A stretch of DNA of 64,000 nt, from assembly GCF_006345805.1 (NCBI RefSeq), contig NC_043005.1, forward strand, positions 12,586,001 through 12,650,000, written 5' to 3'. The stretch's first letter is position 1. Every line of letters starts with the position of its first letter. Both the position numbers and the translations under genes were made by a program. Shown here piece by piece: positions 38,748 to 52,237 of this stretch. Source of the stretch: Octopus sinensis (Eukaryota). Below the pieces are notes generated by a model that did not search any database, had not been told where the DNA came from, and was given only the letters and a program-made list of their open reading frames with translations.

Positions 38748-39270
38748 TCTGATATCATTTACAGGACTTAGAAAAACAGAAGCTCTGCAATAGGTGCGTG
38801 AATCTGAGAGGGGAATATGTTGAATAAAATCATAATTAACTGATCCTCCTGTATTTTTATCATCCCAAGCCAGGTATTTTCCAGCACACCCTAGTATATA
38901 CATATGTGTGTGTGTGCGCGTGCGTTTGTGTACATGCGCACGCGCGCGTGTGTGTCCGTGTGCTCGTGTGTGTTTGTGTATATGTATCTATTTCTGCGCA
39001 TATATGAAAATACAGTGAAGGAACGAGCTCCTGTTTAACGGACATATGTACTTTTGTGCAAATGGTTATATTGGATGACTATGGACATGGATGCTTATAT
39101 TTAGCTTTTTATTACTTATATGTGTATTTGCATTCGGCTTTCATATGATAGTGTGTTCATAAGGAAATCTGTGTGTACATGTATGTGCGTGAGACAGAGA
39201 AAGAAAGAGAGTCTGTCCATGTTTGTGTGTTTGTCTGGATGAATATGTATGAATGCATGTGTATATATAT

Positions 39271-39304
<34 letters not shown>

Positions 39305-39859
39305 ATATACAGAGACAGTGAGAGACAATGAGGAAAAGAGGGAGAGGTTTGTCAGAGCAGAGATGTGTGCTTAGACGTACATCGTTGTACATATCTATGA
39401 TTAAATAAACATGATTAAACCTCAAAGGTAATACTCTTCGGTTAAGTGTACAGCTAACGCCTTCATGGAAGAGTACGAAAAGAATCGCTATTCCCTAGAA
39501 ACGACGCTAAAATAAATTCCAGATGTAACATTTAAATATCATAAGCTTATTCATGGCTTACGGTTAGACGGTTCCCTTGGGAAGTCTATGATTCCGGGCT
39601 CGGCCTTACTGACTGGTAACTTAGGAAAATACTGGAATTGATTGATTAATATACACATTTGTGAATGGAATTTAACAGAAGAACACTATCATGTATGTAT
39701 ATATGCATATGTATATGTGTGTGCGCGTGTATAAGTGTGCATGTATGTATGTACGAAAATAGATAAACACTGTATGGTCGAATTTCTAAAAAGTTTGCTG
39801 CTTTGGAATTACTAGGTTCCGGGTTCTATTCCAGTGTATGAAATTGTGGTTACATGCAA

Positions 39860-40035
39860 GATTTTCGATACAGTTCTATATTCAAGAGATGAGGAATTAT
39901 GTACATCATTTACATTATTTACATTATTTACATTGGGCGGATGTTTGTCCTCGTCTTGTTTGTTGTTAACACAACATTTCGGCTGATATACCCTCCAGCC
40001 TTCATCAGGTGCGTTGGGGGAAATTTCGAACCAGG
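39860..40035 (-). repeat. Family H1 repeat with CTGATGA-A-GGCTG...CAGCC-GAAA hammerhead-like core
   Basis: Second copy on + at 40900-41030. Confidence 0.7.
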
Positions 40036-40088
40036 GCATATGGTGTAATGGTTAAGAACTGATTCCCAGTTCTATTCCAGTCAGTGAA

Positions 40089-40093
<5 letters not shown>

Positions 40094-40134
<41 letters not shown>

Positions 40135-40307
40135 TAATATAATAAGAGAGAAGAAGAAAAGAAAAGAAGAAGAAGAAAAAGAAAAGAAGAGAAGAAGAGA
40201 AGAAGAAGAAGAAGAAGAAGAAAAGAAGAAGAAGAAGAAGAAGAACGAAGAAGAAGAAGAAGAAGAAGAAGAAGAAGAAGAAGAAGAAGAAGAAGAAGAA
40301 GAAGAAG
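40094..40307. repeat. (AAT)n followed by an approximately 165-bp (AAG)n polypurine tract
   Basis: Read directly from the sequence. Confidence 0.95.
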
Positions 40308-40309
40308 AT

Positions 40310-41030
<721 letters not shown>

Positions 41031-41214
41031 TATAAGACTTCCGATAACCTCCAACTGAATCATAGATTGAGATGGATCGTATTCGCAATTAAAAATATCA
41101 TACTTCTCTGAGACACTGTGGAATGGTCAATCGCATACAGGTTAACGAAAGAGGAGATAATCAAACAACGGAATTGTAAGGAATAAAGGTCGGGGAACAG
41201 TGTTATGCAGTTGT

Positions 41215-41383
41215 TCTTTCTTTCTTTTTATTCTTTTACTTGTTTCAATCATTTCATTGCGGCCAATCTGGAGCACCGCTTCTAGTCGAAAAAATTCTAC
41301 CCCAGGACGTAAACACACCAACATCGATGGTGGGGCGACAAACACAGACACACAAATATACACACGTACACACACAAACACAG

Positions 41384-41447
<64 letters not shown>

Positions 41448-41466
41448 GTACGACGGTTTTCTCTTA
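41215..41466 (-). mobile_element. Family B SINE, 3' half
   Basis: CTTGTTTCAATCATTTCATTGCGGCC...GGAGCACCGC...CGTAAACACACCAACATCG. Confidence 0.82.
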
Positions 41467-41576
41467 CATATATGTATAATGTGTGTGTGGATATATATAT
41501 AATACACAAGCCCCTACGCCACACGCTTATATAATATATATATATATAATATATATATATATATATCACACACATT

Positions 41577-41617
<41 letters not shown>

Positions 41618-41756
41618 GGTATGTGTCAGTCAATGTGTGTGTATTATACATATATAAATAAATATATATCTATATATACAAAGAGAGGAGAAAGAGATGT
41701 ATATGTGTCCGTGTGTTTGTGCATCGGTGTTTGTATACAAGAATAATACAAGTAGA

Positions 41757-41906
41757 CGTTCTGTATTCAAAATCCGCGAAGGTCGACTTTGCTTTTGATC
41801 ATTTCGAGGTCGATAAATTAAGTACCAGTTGTGTACCGGAGTCGATCTAATCGACCGGCCCTCTCTCCGAAGATTTCCACCCTTGTGCCTAGAGTAGAAA
41901 AGAATG
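41757..41906 (+). mobile_element. 5'-truncated SINE family A (A2 tail)
   Basis: GGTCGATAAATTAAGTACCAG...CCTTGTGCCTAGAGTAGAAAAGAAT. Confidence 0.85.
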
Positions 41907-42128
41907 ATGTTAGGAGATGTTTTGTACATTTCCATCGACTTTTCTTTTTCTTTTATTGATCTCAGAAACTATACAGGTATATATATGAACGTTATATATA
42001 ATATATATGTATGTGTGTTTTATATTAGAATATATAAATTTTAGCATATCTTATAGTATATATAAATAAATAAATATATATATATATATATACATATATA
42101 CACACACACACACATATATATATATTAT

Positions 42129-42159
<31 letters not shown>

Positions 42160-42275
42160 ATTATTGTGCTATAGAAGAAATTAATATATGAATAATTAAG
42201 TTACTAATAAAAATGCAGATGATTTAGTAGATAGCATAAGCCAACGCAACACTTATTCAACGAAACTAGAATATT

Positions 42276-42474
42276 CATTTATAAGGCCCGAAATTTTGGG
42301 GGAAGGGGATCCCCGATTAGATCGGCCCCAGTACGCAACCGGTACTTCATTTATCGACCCCGAAATTATGAAAAGAAGAGCTGAGCTCGGCGGAATTTGA
42401 ACTCAGAACGTAAAGATGAATGAAATATTGCTAAGCATTTCGCCCGGCGTGCTAACGTTTCTGCCAACTCACTA
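42276..42474 (-). mobile_element. SINE family A (A2 tail)
   Basis: TSD core GAAACTAGAATATT at 42262-42275 and 42482-42495. Confidence 0.88.
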
Positions 42475-42552
42475 CATTCAGGAAACTAGAATATTGTGAT
42501 ATTGAATGTGCAGTGCACATAGTAATAAAGCTGTTATTGTTGGGGCACCCAC

Positions 42553-42717
42553 ATGGGTGTGTGGTAAGAAGCTTGCTTCCCAACCATATCGTTCTGTGTT
42601 CAATCCCATTGCGTGACACTTTGGGCAAATATCTTCTACTATAGCGTCAGGCCGACCAAAACCTTATGAGTGGATTTGGTTGATGAAAACTAAAAGAAGC
42701 ACCTCGTATATATGTGC

Positions 42718-42755
<38 letters not shown>

Positions 42756-43430
42756 CAGAGAGAGAGAGAGAAATAAGAAAATGGAGGGGGTCAATGGGTG
42801 GTTCATCAACTTTTTGACATTATTTTATGTTAACCTATTTATTTACTAAACTGACAATTACAAGAATATGCTATAGATGTATGTATATTCTTGTAAGTAT
42901 CAGTTTAGTAAATAAATAAATTAGTTAGCATAATATAATATCTAAAATTTGATGAACCACCTATTGATCCCCTCCATTTTCTTATTACTATATAAATTAA
43001 TGGTAAAAATATCTCTTTACTTTCACCCATTTAGTACACTAGGTAATGTAATTGCAATCCAATAAAAAAAACTTCTACCAGCAGTATATTGGATAGATAT
43101 TATCCCTTAGTGGGCTGGATTCACAACCTCTGACTTTCTTGGAGTATATATATATATATATATGTATATATTTGTGTGTCTGTGCGGTATGTGTGTGTTT
43201 TTATGTCTGTCTGTGTTTCTGCCACCACCCCGCTTCTACCTGACAACCGGATCTAATATGTTCGCTTCCCTGTAAGTTAGCGGTTCGGCAAAGCAGATTG
43301 ATAATAATAAGTACCAGGCTTTAAAGAAAAATATGTATTGGCGTCTATATATTTGACTAAAGATTCTTTCAGCAGTGCCCCAGTATGGCCGCAGTCTAAT
43401 GACTGAAACAAGTAAAACAAAAAAAAAGAA
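42553..43430 (+). mobile_element. Family B SINE split at its central (TA)n by the F1 fold-back element
   Basis: 5' half 42553-42720 (CORE CACTTTGGGCAAAT), 3' half 43146-43430 (GGCCGCAGTCTAATGACTGAAACAAGT). Confidence 0.82.
42772..43145. repeat. Fold-back repeat family F1 (copy 2) with an approximately 215-bp hairpin
   Basis: Outer arms AATAAGAAAATGGAGGGGTCAATGGGTGGTTCATCAA / TTGATGAACCACCTATTGATCCCCTCCATTTTCTTATT and inner arms TATTTATTTACTAAACTGA...TCAGTTTAGTAAATAAATA. Confidence 0.85.
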
Positions 43431-43509
43431 TTCTCCATGTATGTAACTTTTCATTAAACGTATGTTCCTCTTCATCCATCATAACAGAAAAAGATGATGA
43501 GTGAATTCT

Positions 43510-43769
43510 TATATTCTGTTGTGTCTGGGGAGAGTCACTTTCTTTTTGTGCCTCATAATGTAACACACTCGCCGGTAAAATTTCCACTTATTTCTTATCT
43601 TTATTTTCTTAAAATATTCGTTGCGTCTTGCAACCATTCCAATAGACTTGACGGAACGAAAATTTTAGGAAAATAAAAATAAGAAATAAGTGGAAATTTT
43701 ACCTGTGTGTGTGTGTTAAATTATAAGGCACAAAAAGAAAATGACTCTACCCAGACACAACAGAATATA
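43510..43769. repeat. 260-bp fold-back (about 120-bp imperfect arms)
   Basis: TATATTCTGTTGTGTCTGGG...TTCCACTTATTTCTTAT is matched by its reverse complement, closing on a short loop near 43635-43650. Confidence 0.88.
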
Positions 43770-44135
43770 CTTCAACACACGAACTCACACAAATAATCTT
43801 GCAAACCAAATCCCAAAACGGATTTCCTATGTTTGCGCAATTTCTTAAAACTAACAGTCAAATATCCATATCGCTGTTGTCGGTTGTCTGTTGTATGTTG
43901 ACGCTGACTGTTTTGTTCAGGACTTATCTCCGTAAGGCTCATACATGGGCTACTAGGCCCGCTCATGATCTGCAGCAGCAATTGTACTTACCGCAGATGA
44001 CGTTACCGTGTGCAGAGTACTTGCTTGCAGCTACCAGTTACATTAACTCGATTGCCATAGAGCTTCCGATTTCTGTGAACTAAATGCTTTGGACAGTGAA
44101 TGAGACAGCTGGCGTCGTCTACTCACAATTTTTAT

Positions 44136-44518
44136 GGAAGCACTCCGTCGGTTACGACGATGAGGGTTCTGGTTGATCCGAATCAACGGAACAGCCTGCT
44201 CGTGAAATTAACGTGTAAGTGGCTGAGCACTCCACAGACACGTGTACCCTTAACGTAGTTCTCGGGGAGATTCATCGTGACACAGAGAGTGACAAGGCCG
44301 GCCCTTTGAAATACAGGTACAACAGAAACAGGAAGTAAGAGTGAGAGAAAGTTGTGGTGAAAGAGCACAGCAGGGATCACCACCATCCCTGCCGGAGCCT
44401 CGTGGAGCTTTAGGTGTTTTCGCTCAATAAACACTCACAACGCCCGGTCTGGGAATCGAAACCGCGATCCTATGACCGCGAGTCCGTTGCCCTAACCACT
44501 GGGCCATTGCGCCTCCAC
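44136..44518 (-). mobile_element. tRNA SINE family C
   Basis: Head GTGGAGGCGCAATGGCCCAGTGGTTAGGG...GGTTTCGATTCCC. The 3' 200 bp are shared with family D. Confidence 0.9.
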
Positions 44519-44830
44519 CTACCCACAATACTGCCTCGTTGGGCTTTCACGCCTGGTATCAAGGGATGTAGAAGAGTGCATTGTGTATAGTCGATGATGA
44601 GGCTGCTCCAACAGCAGTATCCCACTTGCCAGTTGATTCTCAACCGTTGTCTGATGGTACACATCTTCCATTTGGCCGCAATAACCTTCAAGTGTAGGAC
44701 TCCTCCGCTTTGTCGGTTATCCAACATGCAGTTGCCGGTCTACCGTCAGAAGGGGCGGTTTGCAATCCCTTTTAAAGCGTATCGCTGATGTGGGTACCAT
44801 GCCCTTATATAACACTCTATCATCATAAAT

Positions 44831-45667
44831 ATTCTTTTCTACTCTAGGCACAAGGCCCGAACTTTTGTGGGAAGGAGCCAGTCGATTAGATCGACTCCAA
44901 TACGCAACTGGTACTTAATTTATCGACCCCGAAAGGATGAAAGGCAAAGTCGACCTCGAGGGAATTTGAACTCAGAACGCAACGTAAAGACAAACGAAAT
45001 ACCTATTTCTTTACTACCCACAAGGGGCTAAACACAGAGAGGATAGGCAAGGACAGACAAACGGATTAAGTCCATTATACTGACCCCAGTACGTAACTGG
45101 TACTTATTTAATCGACCCCGAAAGGATGAAAGGCAAAGTCAACCTCGGCGGAATTTGAATTCATAACGTAGCGGCAGACGAAATACCTATTTCTTTACTA
45201 CCCACAAGGGGCTAAACATAGAGGGGACAAACAAGGACAGACAAACGGATTAAGTCGATTACATCGACTCCAGTACGTAACTGGTACTTAATTTATTGAC
45301 CCCGAAAGGATGAACGGCACAGTCGACCTCGGCGGAATTTGAACTCAGAACGTAACAACAGACGAAATACTGCTAAGCATTTCGCCCGGTATGCTAACGA
45401 ATCTTATTTCTTTACTGCCTTGTGGGCACTGCGGGTGTGACAACTCTTGTTTTATATTCGTTACAATTATAAAGAATAAGCAAAGACAGACAAACGGATT
45501 AAGACGATTATATCGACGCCAGTACGTAACCGGTACTTATTTAATTGACCCCGAAAAGATGAAAGGCAAAGTCGACCACGGCGGAATTTGAACACAGAAC
45601 GTAGCGGCAGACGAAATACCGCTAAGCATTTCGCCCGGCGTGCTAACGATTCTTCCAGCTCGCTGCC
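44831..45667 (-). mobile_element. SINE family A tetramer
   Basis: Junctions at 45003/4 and 45186/7 (183-bp unit) and at 45403/4 (A-box type). The 3'-most unit has the A2 tail. Confidence 0.92.
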
Positions 45668-48142
45668 TTTATTGAATAAACGTCGACGAATATATCAACA
45701 TGTTCACTATGCATAGAGAAATACACTGTGCTTGATTGGTGCTAACCAGGGACTAAAAAACAACAACTATGATAGGTTCTAGTATAACTTAATACCTTCT
45801 AATAATCAGTATAAATGTAAAAAAAAAAAAGAATTGAACGGAAAACAAAGGGAGACAAACGAATAAATTACAACTGATATGCTGCGGGAGTGACAACTCT
45901 TGTTTTATATTCGTTACAAATGTCTCAGTTCCGTTGTAAATCCTAAATGAAAAACGCAAACTACCAAAATCTAATTTTAAGCCGTAGTCACCATTGTTTG
46001 CTATTTACGTTATTGTTCCCTATCAAAGCCTGTTACCGAATTGAATAAACATTTGCGAGCACGTTGATTTTAACTTGAGGGCAATGTTTTATTTCCAGAA
46101 TTTCACCACACTCTTGTTAAAGCCACAACGAATTACAATACTACGCCATTTCTAACAGCATTACCACCACCACCACCACCACCACCACCACTACTACTAC
46201 TACTACTTTAGTGCTGAGGCTGCTACTGTTGCTACTAATGATGATGATGATGATGTATTTATACTATTTATAACACCTGCAACGTTATTATTTTTGTATA
46301 TAGAATGAAATACTCCCCTGTAGTAATACTATTATCTTAAGCAACCAGCATCCAATAACAACTGTCATTATATTTGTCTATGAATGTTGGCTACTCGTAC
46401 AATATCAGATATTTTAATAACTCATACAAATGCAATTTTCATAATTTAGTTGAGCCAGAGTACATTATCCAGAATTGACTTGACTAAATGAATAATGATA
46501 TATGCATCTCTAACAAGACGTAATAAATAAAAATTATTCGAAAACAACTATTATTAAAACAGAAATTTGCGCAGCAATAGTAATCGAATAGAAATTATTG
46601 CAGTAGTGTTTAACTAAGTCTCGTGGTTGAGGTGATAAATATATTCATATGAATTTCGAATTGGAATAAGTGACCAGTCTCATTCAAATGCATTTTGTGT
46701 ATACAATTATCTGTAATTTGTTATGGTTGGATTTAATGTCATCGCTGTAACAAAAAATATATAAACATATAAATGAATAAAATAACAGTAGCCTCTCACA
46801 TTAATAATGATAGCGTTTGTTTTGGAACAATGTATTTCGGAAAGTTGAGCGACATATCGGCTTATTTACGAATTTGAAAACAGTTTTTTGTCAGAGTAGA
46901 AATAGTCATAATTATTTATATATAGGTAGCAGTAAAACATTCTAGGTCACTAGGACGATAAATGTACAGACGTTACAATGGACACACTGATTCGGTCACC
47001 ATTATTTCGATGAAGGTTCTGCTTCATTGATTAGATCAATGATTGTAATTGTTTCCCGTTCATCCCGATATGATAAAAAGTACATTAGCAAGAGCACTCA
47101 TAGCACGCGAACCTCCGTCAAGACAACACCAATGTCCTTTCGACGATTTGCCAGAGATGATTTTTGAAATGAGAATATCGGAAATAAACTCGACTGCTCT
47201 CACAAACGAGAATACTAAAAATGAAGCAGACCGCTCTCGAAAATTAAGTAAAAAAAACCCAGAAAACTAATCCAGAATCCTTGTCCAGTACTAGGTTTAT
47301 CCAAAAATCTAATCACTTCGTGTCAGTCATCCGTTGCACGGTGAAGAAAATGATGTTAAAATTATACCAACACATGCAAATTTGTCTCCTATAATTTACT
47401 GTTTTAACTCTCTTAACCGTTTCGGCCTGCGAGTTGCGGCCATACTGGGGCGGGGGGTGGGTGGCACCATTACAGACTTGCAGAAATACTAATAATAAAT
47501 ATTAATCTCCATTTATCTTTTCTTCTTGCATTAAATATGTTAACAGGCAATTTAACTTTTGGTTTCCATGCAGATGTCATTTATTGATTATTTATATACT
47601 TTATATTTGGAGTTTAATGAAATATTCAAAGAATAATTCTTGTGGAGACAACAATTTGTAAATACTTAAACTAAAGATGTGAGATTTAACACAGTTTTAA
47701 AGAGAAAAGAAATGAAAAGATGGTCGTAGTAGGGTGTTTGGTTAATAAAAAAAAAATAATTTCTTTGTAAATGAATTTCAGAAAAAGAAATCACACAATA
47801 TTTTCTAACGTGTGAAGAACCGGTATAATCGGGTAGATAAGGTGTCAGTCTCTCGACTGAAAGGTCAGGCATTCATATCAACTCATTAAGATTATACCCT
47901 TAAAAAAGACACCAAATATCTCTTGGTTTACAGAAACGACAACAGAGTTGGTATGTAAATGCTCAAGACGCGAAAACGATATAGAGAGATAAAGGATGAA
48001 AAGGTACAGAGATAGAGAAACAGAGAGACTAGTGGGCAGTGGTAACTGAGGTACAAAGAGAATGACATCGACAGACTAATACTCTCGGAGATATAGACAA
48101 AGAAAGAGAAAACAGAGTGATAAACACAGACCTATAGACCTA

Positions 48143-48218
48143 GGCATGCAAAGATAGCATAAAAGGGTGTGTTAGATGTTGGCATGCAAAGATAGCATAA
48201 AAGAGGGCGTTAGATGTT
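48143..48218. repeat. 2 x 38-bp tandem duplication
   Basis: GGCATGCAAAGATAGCATAAAAG...GTTAGATGTT occurs twice. Confidence 0.85.
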
Positions 48219-48316
48219 GAGAGAAACTTGAATGAAAACAAAAACAGAAAAAGGAAATGAAACGACATAGGAAAAGATTGTGATTGGAGTAACAATCTAA
48301 CTAAAATGTACAAACC

Positions 48317-48546
48317 TATTTCTTTACTACCAACAAGGGGCTAAACACAGAGGGGACAAACAAGGACAGACATAGGTATTAAGTCGATTACATCGACCCC
48401 AGTTTGTAACTGGTACTTAATTTATCGACCCCAAAAGGATGAAAGGCAAAGTCGACCTCGGCGGAATTTGAACACACAACGTAACGACAGACGAAATACC
48501 GCTAAGCATTTCGCCCGGCGTGCTAACGTCTCTGCCAGCTCGCCGC
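48317..48546 (-). mobile_element. SINE family A monomer (A1 tail), young
   Basis: Perfect 16-bp TSD CTAAAATGTACAAACC at 48301-48316 and 48547-48562. Confidence 0.95.
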
Positions 48547-49242
48547 CTAAAATGTACAAACCGCTTGTCGGCTTATGATACCGAAACTGTTTTTTTTTTC
48601 ACTTCAACCGTGAATCAACAAAAGGGGCACTGCACGTGCTGCGAAAATTTCCCAGCCCCACCCCCACCATAATGTATCGAAATGCTTTTGATATATTATG
48701 GTTTGTCGTGTCTGGCATGATAGTAAATAAAAATTGAGCCTATTACACATAACGACTTAGCGACATAAATGTTTTCACTTCACCCGACCGTATTTCAACC
48801 AATATTATTTCGAAAGCAGTCTACGCCAAAATAGGCCCTATGACATTCAAGCGGTACCTGAACATGTTCACCCAAGAAATATCAGCCAAATCTCCAACAT
48901 CCGGATATTTCGGAAAACAGTTAATCTCTCCTCGAAGATGTGGTGATGCGCTAAAATATTACTTAAAAAACGCTGTTATTTAGCTAAACATGGCCTCGAC
49001 CAATAACGACCAAAACCTAAACCGTATAACTGATGATTAGAAGTAGTGTCAATTTCTCAATACGACGAGAATTATACACTAAAATTACTAAACACTAGTT
49101 TTTATGTTTACTGGTAGACATTATTGTTGTTCATCAATAGAGCGATTTCGATTTCACAAGTACCAATTGGACTTTGCTTCGATTAAGCATATCCGAAGTT
49201 TTGACTCGTAGTTGCCAAGATCAGTTTGCATTATCATTATTA

Positions 49243-49652
49243 GGGTGGTAAGAAGCTTGCTTACCAACCAAATGGTTCCGGGTTCAGTCCCACTGCGTGG
49301 CACCTTGGGCAAGTTTCTTCTACTATAGCCTCGGGCCAACCAAAGCCTTGTGAGTGGATTTGGTAGACGGAATCTGAAAGAAGCCCGTCGTATATATGTA
49401 TATATGTATATGTATATATGTGTGTGTGTGTATGTTTGTGTGTCTGTGTTTGTCTCCGCAACATCGCTTGACAGCCGATGCTGGTGTTTATGTGTCTCGT
49501 AACTTAGCGGCTTGGCAAAAGACCCCGATAGAATAAGTACTAGGCTTACAAAGAATAAGTCTTGGGGTATTTGCTCGACTAAAGGCGGTGCTCCAGCATG
49601 GCCACAGTCAAATGACTGAAACAAGTGAAAGACTAAAAGAGAATTAAAAGAG
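49243..49652 (+). mobile_element. CORE-type SINE family B
   Basis: Near full-length match to the family B consensus. Confidence 0.92.
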
Positions 49653-49719
49653 TGATCCAGGCCGACTTCATTTTCCCTTAACGCAAAAGTATTATCAATT
49701 CGTTTGAATTTTAGACCTC

Positions 49720-50105
49720 CATACTTTAAGAATGATGGCCTTTACTTGAGCGTGCGGTGTTCACAATGCATTATTAGATAACGACGTTAGTTGGACTAGA
49801 ATGGAGACAATAAAAACACGTTACGAGGTTTCAGAACCTACAAAACGTAGCAGACGAATTCGCCATCCACGTACATATTTTTGCCATGGAAAGGGAGGGA
49901 TGCCGTCACAAAAATATCAAGATCGATAATGTCTAACCTCGTTATATCCGTCACATCCTGCTGATAAAATATTTCCATTACTGCTTGCAATACAATATCA
50001 TATTCATTTTTAACCACTCCAGGTATCATGTGCGCCAATAAGGGGTTACTAAACTTACAAAAAATCGTAGTTGAATATGCCTCAAACCAAATCTTACTGC
50101 TTTTC
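49720..50105 (-). pseudogene. Possible decayed class A GPCR fragment (TM1-TM3)
   Basis: IPGVVKN...LDIID...SLPF...GEFVC...RRYL: N to D spacing of 28 residues as for N1.50-D2.50, with stops after the Cys. Pattern match by eye only. Confidence 0.3.
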
Positions 50106-50185
50106 ATATGTATATATATATATGTTTCGTGTGTGTATATATGAATGTACTGCATACTATATACATTTATATGTGTGTCTGGGGG

Positions 50186-50245
<60 letters not shown>

Positions 50246-50285
50246 GGTGTGTGTGTGTGTGTATCCATATATGTATGCGTGTGTG

Positions 50286-50354
<69 letters not shown>

Positions 50355-50394
50355 TGCATACAGTAACAGTAATACCAATAGCTGTTACTCATTT

Positions 50395-50600
50395 AAAGAC
50401 TAGGTCAGTATCAGTATATTTGGCGAGGAAGCCCCGGGAGATTACATCGAACGCTGTACTTGAGTGGTATTTCAATTTATTTCCTTTATGGCGGAAGAGA
50501 TTAATGGCAAAGCTGATTCCGTCGGATTTGAATTTAGAGTGTAAACAGCTGGAAGAAATACCACAAGGTATTTTCTAACTGTTCTGCCAAATCACCGTCT
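50395..50600 (-). mobile_element. Old SINE family A copy
   Basis: Degenerate GGCAAAGCTGATTCCGTCGGATTTGAATTTAG...GTTCTGCCAAATCACCG. Confidence 0.6.
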
Positions 50601-51128
50601 TAATGAACAATGACAGTCACAATAAAAAATCTTATATCCGAAAGGAGAACATCATAAAGCTGAAACATGAAAAAGGTAATTCGGAAATGATAGAGTTACA
50701 CAAGAATGTAGTATCTCGTAGTTGTAATTAACAAACGTAGTTGTAAATAACGAAACTGGATTGTGGTTTGAGGGAATGTATTTTATATTTGTCACATGTC
50801 GCCGTTCACATTATCTGTGCTGATGAAGCATGTACAGCTGCAAATCACACCAATTATTGCGGTTTCAGCTGACACATGTCAGGCGTCTCTCAGGTTTACA
50901 TAGCGAATTTATTGACAAATAGCTGGAGATTCTGTGCACACAATGAAACAGCAATTACACTCACACAACGCACTCATGTAAATAACCAACCGTACATACA
51001 AACACGAGCGTCCACATTTCAACACATACGTATAACCGTATTTATGTATATGTATGAGTGTGTGTGCACGTGGATTGCATAGTGGCGAAGCTGTGCATAT
51101 ATGCACACACGTACCCACACACGCATAC

Positions 51129-51186
<58 letters not shown>

Positions 51187-51529
51187 TATATATATATGTA
51201 TGTATATTCGTATGTGCATATGCATGCATACACACACGTATTCATGTATACGCATAAATATTCACATACACGTATATATATATATATATTGTCAGGACCT
51301 AAAACACCGAGAATCAAAACAATAGTGTGAATATTCATTCTTAACACTTTTCAGCATATCTGAACGTCAATATGCTAATCGATGTTGTATTTCGCCTTCG
51401 GAGAATACCATCTCACTTAGGTTTCAGTGACAGAGAAGGACTTTGAGATATCGGTGTTCCGACATGATTGTGTCTCTTCCGATTAAATTACTACCGGAAC
51501 TCTGAATCACACAAGTAGAGAAACAGACT

Positions 51530-51597
51530 GACAGACAGACAAGTAGATAGATACATACATACATACATACATACATACATACATTGATAGATAGACT

Positions 51598-51649
<52 letters not shown>

Positions 51650-51727
51650 CATATATTGATAGACAGACAGACAGACAGATACATACATACATATATTGAT
51701 AGATAGACTGATAGATAGATAGATAGA

Positions 51728-51760
<33 letters not shown>

Positions 51761-51790
51761 TGATAGATAGACTGATAGATAGATAGATAT

Positions 51791-51864
<74 letters not shown>
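51530..51864. repeat. Compound (ATAG)n/(ATAC)n/(ACAG)n microsatellite
   Basis: Read directly. Similar tracts occur at 12720-12770 and 19137-19448. Confidence 0.95.
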
Positions 51865-51866
<2 letters not shown>

Positions 51867-52021
51867 GAGTGGCTGTGTGTTAAGTACCTTGCTTACGAAC
51901 CACATGTTTCCGGGCTCAGTCCCACCGTGTGGCACCTGGGCAAGTGTCTTCTACTATAGCCTCGGGCCAACCAGAGGTCTTGTAAGTGGATTTGGTAGAC
52001 GGAAACTGAAAGAAGCATGTT

Positions 52022-52058
<37 letters not shown>

Positions 52059-52201
52059 CGTGTGTGTGTATTTGTGTGTGTGTATGTTTGTGTCTCTGTA
52101 TTTGTCCCCCCTACGAACATCGCTGAACAACCGATGTTGGTGTGTTTACGTTCTCATAACTTAACTGTTCGGCCCAAGAGACCGATAGAATGAGTACTAG
52201 G
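51865..52201 (+). mobile_element. Family B SINE, 3'-truncated
   Basis: Head AGGAGTGGCTGTGTG and CORE CACCTGGGCAAGTGTCTT; ends at GTACTAGG. Confidence 0.88.
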
Positions 52202-52202
52202 C

Positions 52203-52237
<35 letters not shown>

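Noticed and set aside
39410-39690. TACTCTTC...GAAGAGTAC-GAAA hairpin
   Set aside because: It has a stem plus GAAA but no catalytic core upstream, and it is single-copy in the window.
43860-44800. GC-richer segments flanking the family C SINE, with 64-94 aa ORFs
   Set aside because: I recognise no domain and see no convincing splice structure. They may be an old retroelement, but this is unsupported.
47049-47270. 73-aa ORF in non-repetitive sequence
   Set aside because: It starts at TTG, has no recognisable motif, and its length is within chance expectation.
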